A stretch of 64,000 nucleotides of DNA, from assembly GCA_052388435.1 (NCBI GenBank), contig JBQTIC010000059.1, positions 14,395 through 78,394 of the forward strand, given 5' to 3'. Below the pieces are notes generated by a model. That model did no database searches and was not told where the DNA came from. It worked only from the letters and a program-made list of their open reading frames with translations. The translations under genes and the position numbers were made by a program. Positions 48,883-59,296 of this stretch are shown here, piece by piece; the first letter of the stretch is position 1; each line of letters starts with the position of its first letter. This DNA comes from Chromatiales bacterium (GTDB taxonomy: Bacteria; Pseudomonadota; Gammaproteobacteria; JAJPIJ01).

Positions 48883-50004
48883 TCAGGATAGCCGTTGGTA
48901 GCGGCGTCCCTTCCAGCTCGAGCGTTCACCGTGGTAGTAACGCAGCGCGGAGCTCCAGGTCATGGCAAGGAAGAGCAGCGCAGTTGCCGGCAACAGCGCT
49001 GCCCACAGCGGCGAGAGATCGTAGTAGCGCAGCGTCGGCACGTATGGCAGCGCAAGGAGCAGGTAGCCGCAGGCCCCAATCAGGGAGGCGGGGTGTTCGC
49101 TGAGCAGCAGTGCAACCGGGGGGACGGAGTAGTACAGCGTCATCAGCGCGGTGCAAGCAAGCAGGAGCACCGGCGAGTAACGCAGCTGCGTGTACGCGCT
49201 GCGCACTACCATCTGCCAGAGCCCAGCGAGTGTATAGCGACGCTGGCTCTGCGCGGAACGGGTGAGGCCGATCCAGGTGCGCCCTCCGGCGCTCTTTATT
49301 TTTGCCGCAAGCGCGCAGTCGTCGATCAATGCTTCTTTCAGCGCCGCAAATCCGCCGATGCCCGCCAGCGCGCTGGTGTCGAGGAGCGTGCATCCCCCCG
49401 CCGCTGCGGCAACCGCAGAGCGCGGCGAGTTGGAAAGAGCGAAGGGGTAGATGAGCTTGAAGTAGTAGACGAACGCGGGCAACAGCAGGCGCTCCCAGAA
49501 ACTCTTCATGCCCAAGTGCGCCATCAGCGACACCAGCTGCAATCCCTGCTGGCGCAGCTTCGCGCGCAGTTCAGCCAGCAGACCTGGCGCGAGCAAGATG
49601 TCGGCGTCAATGAGCGCCGTCAGCGGTGTTTGCACGCGCGATCGCCCCTGCTCCAGCGCCCACAGCTTCCCGGTCCAGCCCGCAGGCAGGGGCTGCCCCC
49701 CGATGATCTCCAGCGCTGCAATCCCGGTCGCTTCGGCGAGGGCGGCCGTGCCGTCACTCGATTCATCGTCGATGACTATGATACGCAAGCCGGCACCCTG
49801 CGCGGCAAGGGCGGTGAGTGTCTTGCCAATCATCTGACGCTCGTTGCGTGCGGGTACCAGTACCGTGATGTCGGAGAGATCCGGCGCATCAGGTGTCCGC
49901 GCGTCGAGTGATTCCGCGGTCGACCAGGGTCGCCAGGGCAACAGCAGCAGGGCCACGCCGATAACAAGGCCGACCACTGCGAGGGCGTTCATCGCAGTTG
50001 CCAA
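48883..50004 (-). CDS. hpnB: Hopene-associated glycosyltransferase HpnB
   Basis: VPARNE, GWTGKLWAL, DADI, AAAAGGC, ALIDDCALA, VVRSAYTQLRYS. Confidence 0.85.
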   Translation of the reverse strand: MATAMNALAVVGLVIGVALLLLPWRPWSTAESLDARTPDAPDLSDITVLVPARNERQMIGKTLTALAAQGAGLRIIVIDDESSDGTAALAEATGIAALEIIGGQPLPAGWTGKLWALEQGRSRVQTPLTALIDADILLAPGLLAELRAKLRQQGLQLVSLMAHLGMKSFWERLLLPAFVYYFKLIYPFALSNSPRSAVAAAAGGCTLLDTSALAGIGGFAALKEALIDDCALAAKIKSAGGRTWIGLTRSAQSQRRYTLAGLWQMVVRSAYTQLRYSPVLLLACTALMTLYYSVPPVALLLSEHPASLIGACGYLLLALPYVPTLRYYDLSPLWAALLPATALLFLAMTWSSALRYYHGERSSWKGRRYQRLS

Positions 50005-50071
50005 CCCGTCTTAAGCGTAGGGGGGGCTCCGGTGAGAGCGGAGCGACAATCAGGCGCTGCGATGATCGTCT

Positions 50072-51211
50072 CTACTGCTGCGCGACGCGCTGTGTGTGGG
50101 TGCCGCACGAACGCGCCGGCTCGCTCTTGACCACGAGTTTGAGCTTCGGTCGCGCCTCCTGCTCGTAGAGGATAGGCAGTTCGGGAGCCATCGGGCCACT
50201 GGTCCTGGGACCGCAAAAGGCGACCTTCAACGCCTTGAGAGGACGGCGGAAGATGTCGTTGACTGCCGTGGCCTCGTAGCCGCTGTGCACCATGCAGTTG
50301 GCGCATTTCGGGTTCCTGCTGGTGCCGTAATGGTCCCAGTCAGTCTCCTCCATCAGCGCCTTGAAGGTGGGTGCGTAGCCTTCGCCGACCAGCAAGTAGC
50401 ACGGCCTCTGCCAGCCGAACACGTTACGCGTTGGGTTGCCCCACGGGGTGCAGTGATAGGTCTCGTTGCCGGCGAGGAAGTTGAGATAGAGAGAAGACTG
50501 GTTGAAGCGCCAGCGCCGGCCGTTGCCCAGTTTGAAGATGTCGCGGAAGAGCTGCTTGCTCTGCTGGCGCTTCAGGAAGACATCCTGGCGCGGAGCGCGC
50601 TCGTAGCTGTACCCGGGAGAGATCGTCACGCCTTCGATGCCCAGCTCCATCATGGTGTCCATGAACTCGGCCACTTCCCCTGCCGCTTCGCCCTGGAACA
50701 GCGTGCAATTGGCGGTAACGCGGAAGCCGCGTGCGCGCGCCTGCCGGACTACCTCGATGCATTTCTCGTAGACGCCATCGCGGCACACCGAGGCGTCATG
50801 CCGATCCCGGTTGCCATCCAGATGGATGGAGAAGGTGAGGTAGGGCGAGGGGGTATACTCATCCATCTTGCGCTCGAGCAGCAACGCGTTGGTGCAGAGA
50901 TAGACGAACTTCTTCCTGGCCATGAAGCCGCGGACGATGCGCGCCATGTCCTTGTGAATGAGCGGCTCGCCGCCAGCGATCGACACAACGGGCGCGCCGC
51001 ATTCGTCGATGGCCGCCATGCACTCCTCGTAGCTCAGGCGCTTGTCGAGGATCTCGTCCGGATAGTCGATCTTGCCGCAGCCGGCGCAGGCGAGGTTGCA
51101 GCGGAAAAGCGGCTCGAGCATCAGCACCAGAGGATAGCTGTGGTTTCCTCTGATCTTCTGCTCAATGATGTAACGCGCGACACGGTATTTTTGAATTAAT
51201 GGCACGCCCAT
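50072..51211 (-). CDS. hpnH: Adenosylhopane synthase, radical SAM
   Basis: YPLVLMLEPLFRCNLACAGCGKI, IAGGEPL, CTPWGNPTRN, CANCMVHSGYE. Confidence 0.95.
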   Translation of the reverse strand: MGVPLIQKYRVARYIIEQKIRGNHSYPLVLMLEPLFRCNLACAGCGKIDYPDEILDKRLSYEECMAAIDECGAPVVSIAGGEPLIHKDMARIVRGFMARKKFVYLCTNALLLERKMDEYTPSPYLTFSIHLDGNRDRHDASVCRDGVYEKCIEVVRQARARGFRVTANCTLFQGEAAGEVAEFMDTMMELGIEGVTISPGYSYERAPRQDVFLKRQQSKQLFRDIFKLGNGRRWRFNQSSLYLNFLAGNETYHCTPWGNPTRNVFGWQRPCYLLVGEGYAPTFKALMEETDWDHYGTSRNPKCANCMVHSGYEATAVNDIFRRPLKALKVAFCGPRTSGPMAPELPILYEQEARPKLKLVVKSEPARSCGTHTQRVAQQ

Positions 51212-51424
51212 GCATGGATAACCCTGGATTCGCTGTTAGAAAAGCGCTCGGAGTACAACCGATTGGATCTGCCCCCCTGGACCGCGGTTTACGATACTGT
51301 AATCGCCATCTAAAGTACAGGGGACAGCGCCCGAGCGAACCTCGGTGTCCGAGTCAGGGCAAGTTGCATCGCCCCACTCCTCTCTACATAATGAGACACC
51401 CTTTTTTGTCCACACAGAACAAAG

Positions 51425-53320
51425 ATGTCCCCCAACGGTGCTTACCCGCTTCTGAGTCGCATCAGCTCACCGGCCGATCTGCGGCGGATGCCGGAATCGC
51501 AACTGGGGTCCCTCGCGACAGAGTTGCGCAATTTCCTGGTCGAATCGGTGAGCCAGAGCACCGGTCATTTCGCAGCAGGTTTGGGGACTATCGAACTGAC
51601 CATCGCGCTGCACTACATCTACAACACTCCCGGGGATCGGCTGGTGTGGGACGTCGGTCATCAGGCCTATCCGCACAAGATTCTGACCGGCCGCCGTGAC
51701 CGCATCCTGACCATCCGCAAATGGGGCGGTCTGGCGCCTTTCCCCAAGCGCGACGAGAGCAATTACGACACCTTCGGGGTTGGTCACTCGAGCACCTCCA
51801 TCGGAGCCGCACTGGGCATGGCCATCGCTGCCCAGAAATCCGGTAGCCGGCGTAGGGCGGTGGCCATCATCGGCGATGGCGGACTGACCGCGGGCATGGC
51901 CTTCGAGGCACTCAACCATGCCGGCGACCTCGGCGCCGATCTGCTGGTCGTCCTCAACGACAACAACATGTCAATCTCGCCCAACGTCGGCGCGCTCTCT
52001 AGCCGCTTCGCGCAGATCCTCTCCGGCAAGCTGTACACGACCATCCGCGAGGGCAGCAAGAAGGTGCTGGCACACATGCCGCCGGTGCGGGAGTTGGCAC
52101 GCCGGGCCGAGGAGCACATGAAAGGACTTATCGTCCCAGGCACGCTGTTCGAGGAGTTCGGCTTCAACTACATCGGGCCCATTGATGGGCACGACCTGCA
52201 CGCGCTGATTCAGACCTTGCGCAACATCCACGAGCTGCGGGGCCCGCAGCTTCTGCACATCATCACCAGGAAGGGGAAGGGTTATGCGCCCGCGGAGGAA
52301 GATCCGGTCAAGTACCACGGCATCTCCTCGCCTTTCGATCCGGAACTGGGTGTGCAGCCCTCGGGCAAGCCATCGCGACCCACCTACAGCGACGTCTTCG
52401 GCGAGTGGGCGTGCGACATGGCGGAGGCGGATGCGCGCCTGGTCGCCATCACGCCGGCAATGCGCGAGGGGTCCGGCCTGGTCAAGTTCCACAAGCAGTT
52501 CCCGGATCGCTACTTCGATGTCGCCATTGCCGAGCAGCACGCGGTGACGCTCGCCGCCGGCATGGCCTGCGACGGACTGAAACCGGTCGTCGCGATCTAC
52601 TCCACCTTCCTGCAGCGCGCCTACGATCAGCTCATCCACGATGTGTGCCTGCAGAACCTGCCGGTGTTGTTTGGCATTGATCGAGCCGGCCCGGTCGGCA
52701 ATGACGGCCCGACACATAACGGTTCCTACGACGTGAGCTTCATGCGCTGCTTGCCCAACATTGTGCTGATGGCACCCGCCGACGAAGACGAATGCCGGCA
52801 GATGCTGTACACAGGATTCACGCTGGATCAGCCCGCCGCAGTGCGCTACCCTCGTGGCAGCGGTCCTGGGGTGGTGGTCCAGAAGGCCATGACTGCGCTG
52901 CCCGTCGGCACAGCCGAAGTGCGCCGGCGGGGCAGGGGTGTGGCCATACTGTCCTTCGGCACGCCCCTATCGATCGCGCTGCCGGTGGCCGAGGAACTGG
53001 ACGCGACGGTGGTCAACATGCGCTTCATCAAGCCGCTTGACGCCGACATCATCCTGGAGATGGCGGAATCGCACCAACTCCTCGTGACGCTGGAGGAGAA
53101 TGTCGTCGAGGGCGGCTGCGGTAGCGCCGTCAACGAGGCGCTCGCGGCGCGGGGGGTTGTCGTCCCGGTGCTCAACTACGGACTGCCCGATCGTCTCATC
53201 CAGCACGGTTCGCAGGACGACATGCGCAGGGACGCGCGGTTGACCAGGGACGATCTGCTGCGCGCAATCCAGTCCCGGCAGCAGTCACAGCCGAGGCTCC
53301 GCCCCGCGCACCGCGCGTAG
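51425..53320 (+). CDS. dxs: 1-deoxy-D-xylulose-5-phosphate synthase
   Basis: [56 protein letters not shown]. Confidence 0.97.
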   Translation: MSPNGAYPLLSRISSPADLRRMPESQLGSLATELRNFLVESVSQSTGHFAAGLGTIELTIALHYIYNTPGDRLVWDVGHQAYPHKILTGRRDRILTIRKWGGLAPFPKRDESNYDTFGVGHSSTSIGAALGMAIAAQKSGSRRRAVAIIGDGGLTAGMAFEALNHAGDLGADLLVVLNDNNMSISPNVGALSSRFAQILSGKLYTTIREGSKKVLAHMPPVRELARRAEEHMKGLIVPGTLFEEFGFNYIGPIDGHDLHALIQTLRNIHELRGPQLLHIITRKGKGYAPAEEDPVKYHGISSPFDPELGVQPSGKPSRPTYSDVFGEWACDMAEADARLVAITPAMREGSGLVKFHKQFPDRYFDVAIAEQHAVTLAAGMACDGLKPVVAIYSTFLQRAYDQLIHDVCLQNLPVLFGIDRAGPVGNDGPTHNGSYDVSFMRCLPNIVLMAPADEDECRQMLYTGFTLDQPAAVRYPRGSGPGVVVQKAMTALPVGTAEVRRRGRGVAILSFGTPLSIALPVAEELDATVVNMRFIKPLDADIILEMAESHQLLVTLEENVVEGGCGSAVNEALAARGVVVPVLNYGLPDRLIQHGSQDDMRRDARLTRDDLLRAIQSRQQSQPRLRPAHRA

Positions 53321-53464
53321 GCCGCCAGCCCGCTCCCGACACTCCCCGTTTTCCCTGACGGGGAACTTGAGTCACTTGAACCCGATACCTTGTTGCCAGG
53401 CATTTGACCGCCTCGGTCAATCTGCTAGTGTTTTCCCAGGCATGGCTTTCCTGGAGCGTCGGGC

Positions 53465-54151
53465 ATGAAATCATCGATCGTAAGGTGGTTGTGGGTCATG
53501 GTGCTCTGGGCGGCCACCCATGCGGCGACGGCCGCAGAGGTCGCAGGTGAAGTGACCGCGGTGAGCGGCGAGGTGTACGGCCAGCTCTCAGGCGAGCCGC
53601 AGCGCAGGCTTGCGCAAGGGGCAAAGGTTTACGCCGGCGATGAGATCAGAACCGCGGCGAACTCCAGCGTCGAGCTACTGTTCGGCGATCAGACGCGCTT
53701 CGTCCTCGGCCCGCAGTCGCAGATGAGCGTCACCCAGTACCGCTACCAGCCGGGCGACGCTGGGAGCCTCTTCGACACCAGAATCTTACAAGGCGTATTC
53801 CGTTTCTTCAGCGGGCTCATCGCCAAGCAACGGCCACAGGCGGTGAGGATAAGCATGCCTGTCGCCACCATCGGCATACGCGGCACGCACGTGCTCGGAG
53901 AGGTGACCGCGACCTCGGCCATCGTGGCCCTGCTGGAGCCCGAAGAGGCCGGTGAGCCGACAGCGATCGAAGTGTCGAATCAATATGGAAGCGTGGTTCT
54001 CGATCAGCCCAACTACGAAACCGTGATCCCGGACGCCAACAGTCCGCCCTCGCCGCCGCGTCGGGTACAGACTCAACGCATCGACAATCTGCTTCGCTCC
54101 ATACACACCATCCGCCGTATCAATATTCCGCGCCCGGGCTACCATCGCTAA
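53465..54151 (+). CDS. Exported FecR-domain protein, paralog 2
   Basis: Signal peptide ending ATA-AEV, GDEIRT, LGPQS, QGVFRF, TIGIRGT; shares LLEPEEAG and IDNL.RSI..I.RI..PRP with paralog 1. Confidence 0.85.
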   Translation: MKSSIVRWLWVMVLWAATHAATAAEVAGEVTAVSGEVYGQLSGEPQRRLAQGAKVYAGDEIRTAANSSVELLFGDQTRFVLGPQSQMSVTQYRYQPGDAGSLFDTRILQGVFRFFSGLIAKQRPQAVRISMPVATIGIRGTHVLGEVTATSAIVALLEPEEAGEPTAIEVSNQYGSVVLDQPNYETVIPDANSPPSPPRRVQTQRIDNLLRSIHTIRRINIPRPGYHR

Positions 54152-54194
54152 CTAATCATTCGGTCGGACAGGGGCGTTTGTCGGGGTTGGCGCG

Positions 54195-55025
54195 TTGAAT
54201 CAGGCGTCGCTCATCGGGGCCATGTGCATGGCGCTGATAGTCGCGGCGTGCGCGACGACGCCGTCCCACCGATACGACACCGAGGCGCAGCACTTGGGCT
54301 TTCAGCGGGAAGTCGTGCCGGGGACGGCGTTCTCGCACGTCGTCTATATGCGTCCGTCACAATCGAGGCGCGAGCCCTTGCACGTCTACCTCGAAAGCGA
54401 CGGCTCACCCTGGATCGGCAGTACACGCATTGCCGCCGATCCGACGCCCACCGAGCCGGTCGCGCTGCGCCTGATGCGCCTGGATCCTTTACCCGCCGCA
54501 CTCGTCGGCCGGCCCTGCTACAACGGAATGCATTCCTCGCCCCCCTGCCGTCCGGCATTGTGGACACACGGCAGATACTCCGAGGCGGTCGTGGCAAGCA
54601 TGGCCGTCGTCATCAGACACCTGATGCAACAACACGGCACTGCCGCGATAGTGCTTATTGGCTACAGCGGCGGCGGAACGCTGGCGATGCTGCTGGCGGA
54701 GCGGTTGCCTGACGTCGCCGCCGTCGTCACGCTGGCTGGCAATCTGGATACCGATCGATGGACGGAGTTCCACGACTACTCGCCGCTCACCGGATCACTC
54801 AATCCGGCGTCGCGCCCGCCGTTGCCGTCGCGGATTGTGCAATGGCATGTGGCGGGCGGCAGAGACAGGAATGTGCCGCTCGCACTGATTAACGATGAAG
54901 TGAAACGGCAGCCGAACGCACGGCTCAGGGTGCTTCCGAAAGCGGACCACGCCTGCTGCTGGGAGCAGGCGTGGCCGCAGATCCTGGAAGAAATCGAGGT
55001 GCTGTCCAGCGCCCGCGCACCCTGA
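54195..55025 (+). CDS. Alpha/beta hydrolase lipoprotein, paralog 2
   Basis: Lipobox VAAC; YLESDG; GYSGGG; DRNVP; DHACCW. Confidence 0.85.
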   Translation: MNQASLIGAMCMALIVAACATTPSHRYDTEAQHLGFQREVVPGTAFSHVVYMRPSQSRREPLHVYLESDGSPWIGSTRIAADPTPTEPVALRLMRLDPLPAALVGRPCYNGMHSSPPCRPALWTHGRYSEAVVASMAVVIRHLMQQHGTAAIVLIGYSGGGTLAMLLAERLPDVAAVVTLAGNLDTDRWTEFHDYSPLTGSLNPASRPPLPSRIVQWHVAGGRDRNVPLALINDEVKRQPNARLRVLPKADHACCWEQAWPQILEEIEVLSSARAP

Positions 55026-55056
55026 GCGGGTGCATCGACTGTACACTCACGCTGGG

Positions 55057-56457
55057 CTAAAACTGTAGTCGCGCGCCGACTTCAAAGGCGTGCACGGCCA
55101 GATCTTCGTAGCCGATCAAACCCTGGTACAGGAAGTGGCCGTACCAGCCGTTGCGGAAATCCGTGGTCAGCCCGGCGCTCACACTGCCATAGTTCCTGTC
55201 GGGCTCATCGGTCGGGAGCAGGAACGTCGAGCCGCTCGTGTCCTGCACCAGCCGTCCAGTGGTGTCCTCGTTGTCGTTGTCGAATTCATGTACGTACTCG
55301 ACGCCGACTTGCGGAAACACATCGAAGGACTTTGCACTGATCGCTGTCAGCACGCGGCCGCCTATCGCCGTCGTAACAGAGGTGAAGGCCTGATCGTCGA
55401 TCTGGAGGGCGAAATCGGAGTTTACCGTACCCGGCGCGGGCGGACCCAGGATCTCCGTGAAGCCATCGATCTCGGTATGCGCGACATCGAGGCGCGCGTA
55501 CGGCGTCATGGTCCACCGGCCACGGTAGAAGTCGTAACCCGCCTCGAGACTTCCGGCGATCTCGTCGCTGTCGGTGTCGGAGAAGGCGGTTTGATTGACG
55601 ATCGACGCCGTGCCCGCGATGGTGTAGATGATGTTGCGCTCCTGGTCATGATCGGTGGCGGAGTAACTGGCGATGGCATTGATGTACGACTGCGGAGATG
55701 GGTAGTAACTGCCATACAGCGATCCGGAGATGCCATCCGTGTCCAGGCTGCCGCTGTTGCTGTCGAGATCCACATCCTGTGTGGTGTAGCCCACCGCCAG
55801 ACCGACGAGGGACTGATCGCTAAGCCGGTAGTCCACTCCGCCCGTCACGCCGTAACTGTTGAGATCAAAGCCGGTCTCACGCAAGGTGGTGTCCTTGTCG
55901 CCTAAGCCGAAGTTGCCGTTGAGGAATACGCCCAACCGTCCGCTGCCCAAATTGTCCGCACTGGCGCCCCCGCCGCGAGGGCTGCCTAAGATTTCCGAGG
56001 CAGTCAGCCGCTTGCCGTCGATGGTAATGTTGATGGCTGTTTCCTCTTCCTCATCCTCTTCTTTGCGCCGCTGCTCCAGCCGTTCGCGCAGCTCGTCAGT
56101 CTGGGGCGGTGAACCCTCAACCTCGATCGTTTGTACTGCGGAGTTTTCTTCCGGCGCCATGGCCTGCAGGCCGGCGAGCGCGCCGCTGATGTCGCCGCCA
56201 CTAAGGATTGCTCCGGCAATATCGTTACAACGATCCTGAAGATCGGAACTCAGGATAGAAGGGCTTGCTGGACAGATAAACCCGACCAGTTCGCCTGTGA
56301 CCTGCTGCGGAGGCGTCTGCCCTGCTGATCTCAATATGGGTCCTCCGCCACCGTTCGCTCCGGGCCCTGGTATGACCGACTGAGCGCAGATATCGGTAGC
56401 GATGGCCAGCGAGATGCAGGCAGATAAAGCAGTGCGTCGCAGGGTGCAGCTTCGCAT
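55057..56457 (-). CDS. Autotransporter-type outer-membrane beta-barrel protein with a very short N-terminal domain
   Basis: Signal peptide, about 130-aa region with two Cys, barrel motifs GVTGGVDY, ISGSLYGSY, DGFTE, EYVHEF, terminal Phe (GARLQF). Confidence 0.82.
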   Translation of the reverse strand: MRSCTLRRTALSACISLAIATDICAQSVIPGPGANGGGGPILRSAGQTPPQQVTGELVGFICPASPSILSSDLQDRCNDIAGAILSGGDISGALAGLQAMAPEENSAVQTIEVEGSPPQTDELRERLEQRRKEEDEEEETAINITIDGKRLTASEILGSPRGGGASADNLGSGRLGVFLNGNFGLGDKDTTLRETGFDLNSYGVTGGVDYRLSDQSLVGLAVGYTTQDVDLDSNSGSLDTDGISGSLYGSYYPSPQSYINAIASYSATDHDQERNIIYTIAGTASIVNQTAFSDTDSDEIAGSLEAGYDFYRGRWTMTPYARLDVAHTEIDGFTEILGPPAPGTVNSDFALQIDDQAFTSVTTAIGGRVLTAISAKSFDVFPQVGVEYVHEFDNDNEDTTGRLVQDTSGSTFLLPTDEPDRNYGSVSAGLTTDFRNGWYGHFLYQGLIGYEDLAVHAFEVGARLQF

Positions 56458-56674
56458 CGGTTCCCCCTCCCGTCTCGAAGAATGCATGGAGTTTGTTGGT
56501 CTCTAGCCTACTCCTACGAAAACTCCTTGGCAAATTAGTGCCTTCCTTTGGAAACCTGAGAAGGAGTTTAGACGGCTTTTTGAATCTGATCGATGCCGCA
56601 AGAGCCGCGCTGTGCGAGTAACGACGGTTGGCGGGAGGGCCGGGCAACGTGAGCAGGGGGCGCCGGAGCGGCGG

Positions 56675-57760
56675 CTACGGCCGCACTATGCTGTCGAAGG
56701 CGGCGAGCAGGCGTTGAATGTCGGCCGATGTGATCTCTCCCATGGTGGAGATGCGAAAGATCGACTTCGCAAGAGCGCCTTGCCCGGAGTAGATGACAAA
56801 ACCGTGTGCTTTGAGGTGATCGTGCAGCCGTTCGTAGCTCATCCCCGCGGGCAGGCGATAAGCGTGGAGGACGACCGAGGAGACGCCATCCGGCAGCAAT
56901 GGCTTCACGCCCAGCGCAACGAGGCCACTGCGCGCCTGTTGCGCAAGCGCCGTATACCGTGACTGCCGAGCACGCCATCCACCCTGCTCGGCGAACTCGA
57001 CAAGCGCTTCATCGAGCGCATAGAAGCTGTGCACCGACTGCGTAAACGGCGTGCCACCGTGGTCCTGCTCGCGGCAGTAGGTATTCAGATCGAGATAGAG
57101 CGTGCGGCGAGGTAGCGTGTCATCGTCGAGGGCATCGCGGCGGACAATCACGAAGGCCGTACCCGGCACACCGTGGAGGCACTTGTTCGCCGTTGCCGCG
57201 CATGCCGTGATGCCCCACTCCTCGAAATCGAGTTCCTCGGCGCCAAAGCTGCTCACCCCGTCGAGCAACAGGCCCACGTAACGCTCGCGGCACAGGCGGG
57301 CGATGGCTTCGATGCGGTTCAGCCGGCCCGTCGTGGTCTCGTGGTGGACAATCGCCACGTGCGAGATGTCCTGGTGCTCGTCGAGCAGCAGCCGCACGCG
57401 CTGGGTGTCGACCTCCCCGCCCCACTCAAGCGACAATGCCAGGTGGGGAATGCCATGAATGGCGGCGATCGTCCTGAGCCGTTCGCCGTAGACGCCGTTC
57501 GCGATGATGAGCAGCCTGCTGCGCGCGGGCCCGAGGCTGCTGACCATCGCCTCCATCGCTGCGGTCCCAGAGCCGGTCAGCAGCACCGCGGCATAGCGTC
57601 TTGGGTCGAGCCCGTACACCTCCAGCAGTCTGGCGCGGATCCGGTTCTGCAGTTCTGCAAACTCCGGCTCGCGATGGCAGAGATCTGGCCTCTTGAGGGC
57701 GGCGCGCACGCGCGCGCTCAAGGTCACCGGTCCGGGATTGAGCAGAACGATCGATGACAT
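56675..57760 (-). CDS. aepZ: 2-aminoethylphosphonate aminotransferase (class V PLP), biosynthetic by context
   Basis: LLNPGPV, GSGTAAME, NGVYGER, HHETTTG, DGVSSFG, ANKCLHGVPG, PFTQSV. Confidence 0.9.
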   Translation of the reverse strand: MSSIVLLNPGPVTLSARVRAALKRPDLCHREPEFAELQNRIRARLLEVYGLDPRRYAAVLLTGSGTAAMEAMVSSLGPARSRLLIIANGVYGERLRTIAAIHGIPHLALSLEWGGEVDTQRVRLLLDEHQDISHVAIVHHETTTGRLNRIEAIARLCRERYVGLLLDGVSSFGAEELDFEEWGITACAATANKCLHGVPGTAFVIVRRDALDDDTLPRRTLYLDLNTYCREQDHGGTPFTQSVHSFYALDEALVEFAEQGGWRARQSRYTALAQQARSGLVALGVKPLLPDGVSSVVLHAYRLPAGMSYERLHDHLKAHGFVIYSGQGALAKSIFRISTMGEITSADIQRLLAAFDSIVRP

Positions 57761-58914
57761 CAGAAACGGGTGCGGATGTGGTTCATCAGCCGGCGGACGA
57801 CCTCCGGCGGCGTGATCTTGGGCCGCGGGAGATCTTCGATCGTGCCAGTGGCGATCTTGACGTGCGCCAGCTTGGGCCCTCGATGCGTGGTGTCGCGCAG
57901 CAGCGTGTCGATAATGTCGGGCGTGTCGCCGCCGATGCTCAGGCCATAGCCGCACGCCTGCGCGATCTTTGCGAATGCGACACTCGCGCTGACGGTAGAC
58001 TGGCCGCCGGTTGACTCATGCGCCTCGTTGTCGAGTACGATGTGATAGAAGTTATCGCCGCCATATGCGCCGACCGTTGAGAAGTTGCCCATGCGCATGA
58101 GAGCCGCGCCGTCGCCATCGATGACGATCACCTTCAGGTCGGGCCGTGCCAGTGACAGACCCAGGCCGAGCGAGGAGGCGCAACCCATCGAGCCGACCAT
58201 GTAGAACTGGTTGCTGCGATCGGACAGGGCATAAAGCTCGCGACCGGTGTAGCCGGTGGTGGCAATAATCACGCTGTGCGTTTCCGGCGCAAGCGAGACG
58301 AGGCGCCGCAGCGCCTCGTTGCGCGACGGCCGCTCGGTGCCTGCCGCCGGGCTTGTCGATATCACCTCGCCAGGCCCGCGGACGTCGCCGGGCGAACGCC
58401 TGCGCAACTCGTGCTTTGCGACGGTGCCCCCCTGCATCAGGAACCCGTACGGCCGCTGCTCGCGCTCCATGTAGTCCTGGGCGCGAGCGAGTGCAGCGTC
58501 GATATCCTCGGCTCCAGTTGGGAATCCCTCCCAGGGCACGCGCATGATGTCGAACATCGACCCGGTGATCCGACCCATCAGTTCGTGCTGGGGCTCATCC
58601 TGTATGCCTGGTGCGCCGCGGTGGGTGCAAACCATGAGCGTGGGAATGCGGAACACATAGCTGAGAGATGTGATGGGGCTCACCGCGTTGCCTAGTCCGG
58701 AGTTTTGCAGCATGACCACCGCACGCTTGCCGCCGATTGCCGCACCGGCTGCCGTGGCCAGGGCGTCGCCCTCGTTGGCGGAGGAGATGTAACTTAACTT
58801 GTCGTCATTGATGACGTAATTGATGAAAGGAGTGAGAAAGGAGCACGGCACGCCCGTGTAGGTCTGGTAGCCGCGCGCGCGCGCCGCCTCCACAAACTGC
58901 TCCGCCTGAATCAT
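57760..58914 (-). CDS. aepY: Phosphonopyruvate decarboxylase
   Basis: GVPCSFL, NEGDA, MLQNSGLGNAVSP, EPQHELMG, FYMVGSMG, DGDGAALMRMG, HESTGGQ. Confidence 0.95.
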   Translation of the reverse strand: MIQAEQFVEAARARGYQTYTGVPCSFLTPFINYVINDDKLSYISSANEGDALATAAGAAIGGKRAVVMLQNSGLGNAVSPITSLSYVFRIPTLMVCTHRGAPGIQDEPQHELMGRITGSMFDIMRVPWEGFPTGAEDIDAALARAQDYMEREQRPYGFLMQGGTVAKHELRRRSPGDVRGPGEVISTSPAAGTERPSRNEALRRLVSLAPETHSVIIATTGYTGRELYALSDRSNQFYMVGSMGCASSLGLGLSLARPDLKVIVIDGDGAALMRMGNFSTVGAYGGDNFYHIVLDNEAHESTGGQSTVSASVAFAKIAQACGYGLSIGGDTPDIIDTLLRDTTHRGPKLAHVKIATGTIEDLPRPKITPPEVVRRLMNHIRTRF

Positions 58915-59093
58915 CGTGTTGGTTCAGCTGCGATCGAAGAACTGAGGTACAGGGGCGCCAATTTCGCCGGGAACGTTTTGTCGGGAACAAAACGTCGCGA
59001 CAGCCGCGAGGCGGTGAGTCTCAGGAATGGGGCGAGCAGGAAAATTGCGCGCCAGCCCCCTATGGGTGAGGCACAGGGGTGAGCCCGAACAGT

Positions 59094-59148
59094 GAGCGCC
59101 CCGGTGGGGCGCTCGCCGGGCGAACGGACATGCCACGGATGGCGTGGC
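59094..59148. repeat. Hairpin/REP-like palindromes in the pepM-ppd spacer
   Basis: GAGCGCCCC-GGT-GGGGCGCTC (59094-114); GCCAC..GTGGC (59132-148). Confidence 0.45.
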
Positions 59149-59296
59149 CTGGACTTGCGATGCGAAGCAGGAATGCGCAGCTTTGTAAGCGTCGAGCAAT
59201 TCCTTTGGCTGTATATCGAGTTCTTTGGACATTGCGCCCAGATCTTCAGAGGCCGGCGGGCAGAGTGAGCGCTCCTCTGGTTTGCGCAACGACGTG

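Noticed and set aside
56675-57760. Catabolic phnW-phnX AEP degradation
   Set aside because: No phosphonatase or transporter; coupled to pepM and ppd, so biosynthetic
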